Below are positions 52,003 through 58,916 of a DNA stretch of 64,000 nt, piece by piece (position 1 is the first letter of the stretch; every line of letters starts with the position of its first letter). The DNA is from Candidatus Eiseniibacteriota bacterium (lineage in GTDB: Bacteria; Eisenbacteria; RBG-16-71-46; SZUA-252), in NCBI GenBank assembly GCA_038060295.1, contig JBBTHR010000011.1:6610-70609 (forward strand). Direction: 5' to 3'. Under the pieces are notes generated by a model. It saw only the letters and a list, made by a program, of their open reading frames with translations. It was not told the origin of the DNA and did not search any database. Made by a program: the position numbers and the translations under genes.

Positions 52003-53073
52003 ATGAAACTCGCCGATTTCGACTACCACCTTCCCCCCGAGCGGATCGCGCAGCACCCGACCGCCGAGCGGGACGCCTCGCGCCTGATGGTCCTGGACCG
52101 GCGCGCGGGGACGCTCCACCACGTTCATTTCCGCGACCTCCCGTCGTTCCTCCGCCCCGGAGATCTCCTGGTGGCGAACGACACGCGCGTCCTGCCGGCG
52201 CGGCTCTTCGCCCGCGTGCCGCGCGAGGCCGGGGGAGACCGGGAAGTGGAGGTGCTGCTACTGCGCGAGGAGCCGAGCGTGCCGCCGCTTCGGATCTGGT
52301 CGGCGCTTGCCCGGCCGGCCCGTCTGCTGCACGAGGGAACGACGCTCGCCTTCCACGATCCGTCGTGGCGCGCGCGCGTCCACGCGGTGGGAGAGCGAGG
52401 GGTACGGCGGATCGCGTTTCAGCCCGCGGCATCGGACGGGGAGGCGCCGACCTTCGAGGTGTGGCTCTCGCGCGTCGGCCACATCCCCCTTCCGCCCTAC
52501 ATCGGGCGCCCCGACACGCCGGCGGACCGCGAGCGCTATCAGACCGTCTTCGCGCGCGAGACGGGATCGGTGGCGGCGCCGACAGCGGGGCTTCATTTCA
52601 CCGACGCGACGCTGGAAGGGGCGCGGGCGCGCGGCGCCTCCTTCACCACGGTCACGCTCCACGTGGGGCCGGGGACATTTCGCCCCGTGACCGCGGAAAA
52701 TCCGGACGAGCACGTTCTTGACCCGGAGCCCCATCGCGTTCCTCCCACGACCGCGGCGGCGATCCGGGCCGCGAAGCAGTCGGGGGGGCGCGTGATCGCC
52801 GTGGGGACCACGTCGGTCCGCGCGCTCGAGGCGTGGGTCCGGGACGGCATGCCCGACGACGGCGCGTGGCGCGAGACCAATCTCTTCGTCCGGTCGCCGT
52901 TCGAATTTCGAGTCATCGACGCGATGATCACGAATTTTCATCTGCCGCGTTCCAGCCTCCTCTTGCTCGTCTCCGCCTTCGCGGGGCGGGAACGGATTCT
53001 GGAGGCCTACGCCACGGCCGTGCGGGAGGGCTACCGCTTCTACTCCTACGGCGACGCGATGCTGATCGTGTAG
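52003..53073 (+). CDS. queA: S-adenosylmethionine:tRNA ribosyltransferase-isomerase
   Basis: 356-aa ORF. Motifs are 'MKLADFDYHLPPERIAQHP', 'LLVANDTRVLPARLF', 'GSVAAPTAGLHFT', 'TLHVGPGTFRPV', 'VGTTSVRALE', 'ITNFHLPRSSLLLLVSAF' and 'YRFYSYGDAMLI'. Confidence 0.92.
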   Translation: MKLADFDYHLPPERIAQHPTAERDASRLMVLDRRAGTLHHVHFRDLPSFLRPGDLLVANDTRVLPARLFARVPREAGGDREVEVLLLREEPSVPPLRIWSALARPARLLHEGTTLAFHDPSWRARVHAVGERGVRRIAFQPAASDGEAPTFEVWLSRVGHIPLPPYIGRPDTPADRERYQTVFARETGSVAAPTAGLHFTDATLEGARARGASFTTVTLHVGPGTFRPVTAENPDEHVLDPEPHRVPPTTAAAIRAAKQSGGRVIAVGTTSVRALEAWVRDGMPDDGAWRETNLFVRSPFEFRVIDAMITNFHLPRSSLLLLVSAFAGRERILEAYATAVREGYRFYSYGDAMLIV

Positions 53074-53227
53074 CGGCAGCCGGCTTCGTTCTGCACGCCT
53101 CCTCGCATTTCGCTCAAGAATTCGCCGGTCCAGCCGATCCACTCATGGAAGCACCCCCTCCGCAGTCTCTCCCATAACCACCAGCAAAACCTACCGTTAG
53201 CTCGATCCGGCCACTTTCTGGCCGCGC

Positions 53228-53243
53228 GGGCACGCCCGTTGCC
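53228..53243 (+). promoter_or_regulatory. sigma-54 (-24/-12) promoter upstream of the small-basic/FliN-like/FliO-like operon
   Basis: gGGCACGcccgTTGCc, with GG at 53229-53230 and GC at 53241-53242 (exact GG-N10-GC). It matches GGCACG-N4-TTGC fully and lies 78 nt upstream of ATG 53320. Confidence 0.55.
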
Positions 53244-53319
53244 TTTTGCAGATGGCGACGGCCCTGGGAAGGGCCGGCCGGGGCATGGGGTTCCGGCGAG
53301 CCACGAAAGGAGCAGATCG

Positions 53320-53487
53320 ATGCCACGCACGAAGTCTCGCTCGTCGCACGCAGCCTCCGCCTCGAGGAAGGGCCGCTCCGGCCGTTCCGGCGCCAAGGCC
53401 CGGTCGGCCCGCGGCGGCAGCAAGGTCCGCCGTTATCTCGATTTTATCCGCGCCATCCTCGGCACCACGCCGCGGAACGGACGCTAG
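53320..53487 (+). CDS. hypothetical 55-aa highly basic protein
   Basis: ATG 53320 follows GAAAGGAG. The protein is MPRTKSRSSHAASASRKGRSGRSGAKARSARGGSKVRRYLDFIRAILGTTPRNGR. It is the first gene of the FliN-like operon. I recognise no family. Confidence 0.4.
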   Translation: MPRTKSRSSHAASASRKGRSGRSGAKARSARGGSKVRRYLDFIRAILGTTPRNGR

Positions 53488-53497
53488 GAGCGCCGCG

Positions 53498-53827
53498 ATG
53501 TCCCGCCTTCTCACGCCCGACGAGATCGCCGCCCTCCGCGCCGTGGACGAGCCGTTCGTTCCCGCGCCGACCGAGACCTTCATCGTGACGGTCGAGGCCG
53601 GGAGCGCCGCGCTCACGCCGGAAGCCGTCGCGTCGCTGGAGCCGGGGAGCCTCTTCCCGATTCAGGCCGCCCGGACGGGGTTGGTCGAGATCGTGGCGAA
53701 CGCCGTGGTCGTGGCCTACGGCCGCCTGGAGCAGCGCGAGGGAGAACTCGCGGTGCGCGTCGTCAGCCTCTCCCGCGCGCGGGCCGGTTCGCCGCGCCGG
53801 ACGCGAGACGCGGGAGGCCGGCCATGA
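53498..53827 (+). CDS. FliN/FliM-C-terminal (SpoA) family flagellar-switch-like protein
   Basis: ORF 53246..53827 trimmed to ATG 53498, which follows AGGAG. The N-terminal 'LTPDEIAALR' resembles the LSQxEIDxLL peptide of FliM/FliY/FliN. The SpoA core is 'FIVTVEAGSAALTPEAVASLEPGSLFPIQAARTGLVEIVANAVVVAYGRLEQREGELAVRVVSL'. Confidence 0.6.
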   Translation: MSRLLTPDEIAALRAVDEPFVPAPTETFIVTVEAGSAALTPEAVASLEPGSLFPIQAARTGLVEIVANAVVVAYGRLEQREGELAVRVVSLSRARAGSPRRTRDAGGRP

Positions 53828-54195
53828 ACCAGGCGTTCTTCGTCGCGATCTTCGTCTACGCCACGTCGCTCTCGGTGGCGGCGTTCGTGCTCTACGGAGC
53901 CGTCCGCTACTTCTGGCGCCGTCCGCAGGCGGACCTGGAGACCTCCTACGGTCCTCCTCCGCCCGAAGTGCTGGTCCTGGGCCGGACGCGCGTCGGCGTC
54001 GGTCGCTCGCTCCTCATCGTCGAGGTCGAGGGACGCCGCCTTCTGCTCGGCTCCACCTCGCGGCAGTGGACGCCGCTCGCCGATCTGGGCACGGCGCGGC
54101 ATCGCGACGAGAGCGACTCCCACGACCCGATCGAATCCGAACTGTCGCGCGCCGTGGAAGCATCGCGGCAGCGCCGCGGAGGGCGCCGCTCATGA
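53824..54195 (+). CDS. FliO-like small membrane protein
   Basis: 123 aa; the start overlaps the previous stop (ATGA). It has a single N-terminal TM 'FFVAIFVYATSLSVAAFVLYGAV', followed by 'RSLLIVEVEGRRLLLGSTSRQWTPLADL', the typical FliO core pattern. Confidence 0.5.
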   Translation: MNQAFFVAIFVYATSLSVAAFVLYGAVRYFWRRPQADLETSYGPPPPEVLVLGRTRVGVGRSLLIVEVEGRRLLLGSTSRQWTPLADLGTARHRDESDSHDPIESELSRAVEASRQRRGGRRS

Positions 54196-54315
54196 CCCGC
54201 GCCGCCACCGAATGTGGAAAGAATGTGGCCGGCAGGACGGCCAACAATCCGGGAACTGGCCGTTCCGAAGGCGACACGCCGAGCGTAACTAAAGACAAGG
54301 ACCGTCGTTAGCCTA

Positions 54316-54331
54316 CGGCACGGCGATTGCA
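54316..54331 (+). promoter_or_regulatory. sigma-54 (-24/-12) promoter upstream of flhG-fliA
   Basis: cGGCACGgcgaTTGCa, with GG at 54317-54318 and GC at 54329-54330 (exact GG-N10-GC). It matches GGCACG-N4-TTGCA fully and lies 89 nt upstream of ATG 54419. Confidence 0.6.
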
Positions 54332-54418
54332 AACCGAGATACCGTCTCCACGAGCCGGCAGCGCCGCCACCGACACCACAAGCCGAACGAACCCGAGCAG
54401 CGACCGAGGAACGAGCGA

Positions 54419-55363
54419 ATGGCCGACATCGAAACGAAGAACGGCACGACCCGCGAAAGCGCCGGGACGAAGGGGACGAAGCGCGCCGCCAAGCGCGCGC
54501 CTCGCCCGCGCCTCGCCACGAATTCGCGGATGGTGCCGCCCGCCTCCCGCCCGAAGCGGCGCATGGTCGCCGTGACGAGCGGCAAGGGGGGCGTGGGGAA
54601 GACGAACATCGTCACGAACCTCGCGCTCGCTCTGGCCCGCCAGGGAACGCGCGTCCTCGTGGTCGACGGCGATCTCGGTCTCGCGAACGTCGACCTCCTC
54701 CTGGGCGTCGCGCCTCAGTACGACCTGCAGGACGTGATCCTGGGTCAGCGAAGCATCCGCGACGTGGTCTTCGAAGGGCCGGACGGCATCCAGGTCCTTC
54801 CCGCCAGCAGCGGCGTGGAGGAGCTGGCGAACCTGGACGAGTTCCGCACGGAGTGTCTCATCCGCTCGCTCTCCGAACTGGAGAACGACGTCGACATCAT
54901 CCTCATCGACTCTCCGTCGGGCATCGGCCGGAACGCCATCTCCATGGTTCAGGCCGCGGACCAGATCCTGGTCGTCACCACGCCCGAGCCGACCTCCTTC
55001 TCCGACGCCTACGCCATGATCAAGGTCCTCTCGCGTCATCCGATCAAGTGCGTGCCGTCGCTCCTGGTGAACCAGGCCAACTCCGAAGAGGAAGCGCTGA
55101 GCGTCGCGCGCCGCGTGCGCACGGTCGCGAAGCGGTTCCTGAATCTCGACGTCGAGTACTGGGGCTGCGTCCTGGACGACGAGTCGGTGGCGAAGTCGGT
55201 GCAGCGCCAGGAGCCATTCCTCTCCACCTATCCGTACTCGCCCGCCGCGTCGTGCATCTACTCGCTGGCGCGCCGCATCCTGGGGCAGGAGCCGAAGCCG
55301 GCCCCCCCGAACGCCGGTCCCACCAACGCCGTCTCGCGCGACGAAGTGCCGGAGGGGGTCTAG
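54419..55363 (+). CDS. flhG: MinD/ParA-type ATPase FlhG (FleN/YlxH family)
   Basis: 314-aa ORF following GAGGA. The deviant Walker A is 'VTSGKGGVGKTNIVTNLALALA', with 'VLVVDGDLGLANVDLLLG' and 'ILIDSPSGIG'. It is located immediately upstream of fliA. The ~48-aa Lys/Arg-rich N-terminal extension is unusual, so the start is uncertain. Confidence 0.75.
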   Translation: MADIETKNGTTRESAGTKGTKRAAKRAPRPRLATNSRMVPPASRPKRRMVAVTSGKGGVGKTNIVTNLALALARQGTRVLVVDGDLGLANVDLLLGVAPQYDLQDVILGQRSIRDVVFEGPDGIQVLPASSGVEELANLDEFRTECLIRSLSELENDVDIILIDSPSGIGRNAISMVQAADQILVVTTPEPTSFSDAYAMIKVLSRHPIKCVPSLLVNQANSEEEALSVARRVRTVAKRFLNLDVEYWGCVLDDESVAKSVQRQEPFLSTYPYSPAASCIYSLARRILGQEPKPAPPNAGPTNAVSRDEVPEGV

Positions 55364-55579
55364 GTGCGCCGCTTCCTCCTCCGCCTCACGATCGCGTCGT
55401 CCGCGACGGCCGCCGCGATCGTCTCCGTCCTCGGTGTCGTGAACCGGGCCCCGTGGCCCCTCGTGCTGACCCGCGCCTCCATCGCGTTCCTCATCGTCGC
55501 GACGGTCGGGTTCCTCGCGAGCCTCATCCTCATGCGGACCGCGTTGCGCCGTCACTTCGGCGCGCGGGCCGAGCGCTAG
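55364..55579 (+). CDS. hypothetical small two-TM membrane protein
   Basis: 71 aa, with GTG 55364 directly after the flhG stop. Hydrophobic segments are 'LTIASSATAAAIVSVLGVV' and 'IAFLIVATVGFLASLILM'. I recognise no family. Confidence 0.35.
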   Translation: MRRFLLRLTIASSATAAAIVSVLGVVNRAPWPLVLTRASIAFLIVATVGFLASLILMRTALRRHFGARAER

Positions 55580-55596
55580 CGCGGGAGAGATCGACC

Positions 55597-56367
55597 ATGG
55601 CATCGCCGTCCGTCTTGCAGATGCTGCAGAACCGCACGCCGCGCTCGAAGAACCGCCGCGAACGGCAGAAGGAGCAGGCGCTCAGCCAGTACGCGCCGCT
55701 CGTGAAGTACGTCGTGGACCGCCTGGCGCTCCACCTTCCGAAGTCGGTGGAGCGAGACGACCTCGTCTCCGCCGCCATCATCGGGCTCTTCGACGCGCTG
55801 GAGAAATACGACAAGTCGAAGGGGACCAAGTTCGAGACCTACGCCATCTGGCGGATCCGCGGCGCCATCCTGGACGAACTCCGCTCGCTCGACTGGGCTT
55901 CGCGCTCCATTCGCCGGAAGGCGCGGGGCGTGGAGGAGGCGGCGCGCGACCTGGGGCAGAAGCTGGGCCGCGCGGCGACCGAGGTGGAAGTGGCCGACGC
56001 GCTGAACCTGAGCCCGACGGAACTCTCGAAGCTGATGGACGAGGTGCATGGCACGTCGCTCCTCTCGCTCTCCAAGTCGGTCTCCGGCGAGGACGATCAG
56101 GACGTCATCCAGCTGGAAGACATCGTGAACGATCCGAGCTGCAAGGACGCGCTCGAGGTGATCGAGAACGACGAGTCGCGCGAGGTGCTGCTGGAGACGA
56201 TCGACAGCCTTCCCGATCAGCAGCGCCTGGTGGTGTCGCTCTACTACTACGAAGAGATGACCCTCAAGGAGATCGGCGAAGCGCTCCACATTTCCGAGTC
56301 CCGCGTGTCGCAGGTCCACACGCGCGCCGTGAAAACCCTCCGCACGCGCCTGGCGCGGATCTCCTAG
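55597..56367 (+). CDS. fliA: RNA polymerase sigma factor, FliA/WhiG (sigma-28) family
   Basis: ORF 54853..56367 trimmed to ATG 55597. Region 2 is 'LVSAAIIGLFDALEKYDKSKGTKFETYAIWRIRGAILDELR'. Region 4 is 'LVVSLYYYEEMTLKEIGEALHISESRVSQVHTRAVKTLR'. Confidence 0.85.
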   Translation: MASPSVLQMLQNRTPRSKNRRERQKEQALSQYAPLVKYVVDRLALHLPKSVERDDLVSAAIIGLFDALEKYDKSKGTKFETYAIWRIRGAILDELRSLDWASRSIRRKARGVEEAARDLGQKLGRAATEVEVADALNLSPTELSKLMDEVHGTSLLSLSKSVSGEDDQDVIQLEDIVNDPSCKDALEVIENDESREVLLETIDSLPDQQRLVVSLYYYEEMTLKEIGEALHISESRVSQVHTRAVKTLRTRLARIS

Positions 56368-56375
56368 GCGCCGAC

Positions 56376-57278
56376 GTGGACCGCACCGCCCTGCGCCGCA
56401 TGACCGAAGAGACGACCGCGCTTCCGACGCTCCCGCTCGTCGCCTGCCGGCTCCTGGAGGCGGTCGCGCGCATGGACGCGGAGACCACTGAGGAAGTGGC
56501 GCGCATCCTGGCGCTCGATCCGGGCCTGACGGCGCGGACGCTCCGGCTGGCGAATTCCGACTGCTACGGCTTTCCGCGGAAGGTCGGCTCGGTGGAGCTG
56601 GCCGTGCTCGTGCTGGGCCCCGGCACGATCCGCGATCTGGTCCTGACCGCCTCGGTCGTGCAGACGCTCGGTCCCGGCGACCGCGCGCTCACCAATCTCT
56701 GGAATCACTCGATGGCGTGCGGTGTGGCCGCGCGGGCGCTCGGCGAGCGGGTGCGGTACCGGCTCCTCGGCGAGGCGTACGCGGCGGGGCTGTTGCACGA
56801 CGTCGGGGCCGTGCTTCTCCGTCAGCAGCATCCGGGGCGATTCGAGGCGGCTCACGCGCTCGCGTCGACCCAGGGGCAGGCGATGGAGGAGGCAGAACGG
56901 GGCCTCTACGGCTCCGACCATTCGGAAGTCGGCGGCTGGCTCGCCGAGCGCTGGGGGCTCCCCGCGGAGATCGTGGAGGCGATTGCCTGCCACCATCGTC
57001 CGTGGGAAGCGGTCCGGGCTCCGGAGCTGACCGCCCTGGTCCACATCGCCGACTCCCTCGCGGACGGCGCGGGATACGCCTGGGCGCCCCGCGTGGCGTC
57101 GGGCCCCGCGACCGCGTCCGCCTGGGAGGCGATCGAACCCGACGCCAGACGCCGCGCGGCGCTCCTGGAGGGGTTGAACGATGTCGTCGTCCGCGAGACC
57201 GAGCGGGAGCGCGAGCTCTTCGCCGAGTTCCGCGGCACTCAGGAGGAAGCGTCATGGCCGTTGTCGCAACGAATCTGA
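56376..57278 (+). CDS. HDOD domain signalling protein
   Basis: 300-aa ORF with a GTG start. Motifs are 'LPTLPLVACRLLEAV', 'LANSDCYGFPRKVGSVELAVLVLG', 'LWNHSMACGVAARAL', 'AGLLHDVG' and 'GSDHSEVGGWLAERWGLP'. Confidence 0.8.
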   Translation: MDRTALRRMTEETTALPTLPLVACRLLEAVARMDAETTEEVARILALDPGLTARTLRLANSDCYGFPRKVGSVELAVLVLGPGTIRDLVLTASVVQTLGPGDRALTNLWNHSMACGVAARALGERVRYRLLGEAYAAGLLHDVGAVLLRQQHPGRFEAAHALASTQGQAMEEAERGLYGSDHSEVGGWLAERWGLPAEIVEAIACHHRPWEAVRAPELTALVHIADSLADGAGYAWAPRVASGPATASAWEAIEPDARRRAALLEGLNDVVVRETERERELFAEFRGTQEEASWPLSQRI

Positions 57279-57619
57279 ATCAGTCGCGTCCCGTCGAGAT
57301 CCGCGTCCGCTTCGAGCCGGGCCACGGCATGGCGCTCTACGCCGCGATCCGGTCCGGCGAAGTCGGCCCCGTCACGGTGGCCCGCACGCTCGGCCGCGGC
57401 CGCGCGCTCCTTCGCTATCGCGGCTTCACGCTGATGGCGCAGGGCGCGCCCGACTGGAAGGACGGGGATACGTTCACCGTGGTGGTCAAGGAAGTCGGTC
57501 CGCCGCTGGTCCTTGCCTCCGCCGACACGGACGCCAAGGGCTCGCGCCGGGTCACGACCGTGGACAGCGCCGTGGTACCGAGCGGCGCCCATTCATCCGA
57601 ATCCGGCGCCGGCCGGTAA
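57254..57619 (+). CDS. hypothetical protein
   Basis: ORF 56717..57619 trimmed to ATG 57254, which is preceded by AGGAGGAAG. It overlaps the HDOD gene end by 25 nt. I recognise no family. Confidence 0.45.
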   Translation: MAVVATNLNQSRPVEIRVRFEPGHGMALYAAIRSGEVGPVTVARTLGRGRALLRYRGFTLMAQGAPDWKDGDTFTVVVKEVGPPLVLASADTDAKGSRRVTTVDSAVVPSGAHSSESGAGR

Positions 57620-57642
57620 CGACAAGGCCAGGGAGGGCAGCC

Positions 57643-58875
57643 ATGAAGCAGCGAAACGGCGCGGGTTCGAAGCGACTCGTCGAGGCGACCGAGCGGTTCA
57701 TCAAGTCCGAGCAGAAGCTCCTGGAAGTGCTGGGGAGCCGCCGCATCTTGAAGAAGGCGGAGTGCGAGCACTTCTCGAAGGATTTGTCGCTATCGGCCGC
57801 CAAGAAGCGCTCGTCGGACGTGTTCGGGAGCGCGATTTCGATCAACCGGAAGGTGATGGCGGTGCTGGAGAAGGGGAAGGCGGGGGCCAAGTCGCGCACC
57901 GTCTCCGACTCCGACGTGCTTCAAGAATTGCAGCAGATCGTCGAGAAGGCGGTCACGGCCGAGGCGGCGTTCACCGAGTCGCTGAAGCAGATCGGGACCG
58001 CCATCTCCTACGAGAACGCGACGCTCTTCCTCATGGACCGCGATTCCGGGAAACTGGAGCCGGCGGCCGTGGTCGGGGAGCATGTCGACATGGTCCAGCA
58101 CGTCCGCTTCGAGCGCGGGAACGGCTTCTCGGCGTGGGTGGCGCAGCAGCGGAAGCCGGTCGTGCTGAACGATCTCCATCGCGAGGGAGGGTGCGAGGCG
58201 CCGACCATGCGCTCGTTCCTCTCGGTGCCGCTGATCGTGCAGAACGAAGTCTTCGGCGTGATCAACCTGAGTCACTCCCGCGCCAGCGCCTTCGACGAGG
58301 AGAGCGCGAAGCGGGTGGCGCTCTTCGCCCTCCCGATCGCGTCGGTCGCCATGCGGACGCTGATGTTCCGCGAGTGCGAGCGGCTGGGGACGACCGATGC
58401 CTTGACGTCGCTCTACAATCGCCGCCACTTCGACCGGTCGCTGGAGGACGAGGTGGACCGCGCGCGCCGGTACGGCCACAAGCTCTCCATGGTGGTGATG
58501 AAGGCGTCGGTGGCCGCGTCGGCCGCGACGCAGGTCGTCAGCGAGATGGGAAAGGCGCTGAAGCAGGCGTCCCGCGGAACCGACTGCGTGGCGCGCTACT
58601 CGGGCGACGAGTTCCGCATCCTCCTGCCTCACACCGGGGCCGGCGAAGCCCAGATCGCGGCGGAGCGGCTCCGGAACGCGGTGGAGCGCCATGCCGCTTC
58701 GCGCCGTCGCGGCGTGACGGTGAACGTCGGCGTGGCCACTTTCCCGCAGCACGATGCGGACGACTCCGCCACGCTAGGCACGCGGGCGGAGATGGCGCTG
58801 CTCCGGGCGAAGGAAGCCCCGGCGGCGCGCACGGGTACGGACGCGGGCTCGAGGGGCGAGCCGGCGGTTCACTGA
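57643..58875 (+). CDS. GAF domain / degenerate GGDEF domain protein (I-site retained)
   Basis: ORF 57181..58875 trimmed to ATG 57643. The GAF-like region includes 'ATLFLMDRDSGKLEPAAVVGEH...FGVINLSH'. The GGDEF domain has 'DALTSLYNRRHFDRSLEDEVDRARRYG', I-site 'RGTD' and A-site 'SGDEF'. The usual 'DxDxFKxxND' segment is replaced by 'MKASVAASAATQ'. Confidence 0.75.
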   Translation: MKQRNGAGSKRLVEATERFIKSEQKLLEVLGSRRILKKAECEHFSKDLSLSAAKKRSSDVFGSAISINRKVMAVLEKGKAGAKSRTVSDSDVLQELQQIVEKAVTAEAAFTESLKQIGTAISYENATLFLMDRDSGKLEPAAVVGEHVDMVQHVRFERGNGFSAWVAQQRKPVVLNDLHREGGCEAPTMRSFLSVPLIVQNEVFGVINLSHSRASAFDEESAKRVALFALPIASVAMRTLMFRECERLGTTDALTSLYNRRHFDRSLEDEVDRARRYGHKLSMVVMKASVAASAATQVVSEMGKALKQASRGTDCVARYSGDEFRILLPHTGAGEAQIAAERLRNAVERHAASRRRGVTVNVGVATFPQHDADDSATLGTRAEMALLRAKEAPAARTGTDAGSRGEPAVH

Positions 58876-58916
58876 ACGGAGCCAACGACGTGCCGACCGA
58901 ACTGCAGAAGGATTCC

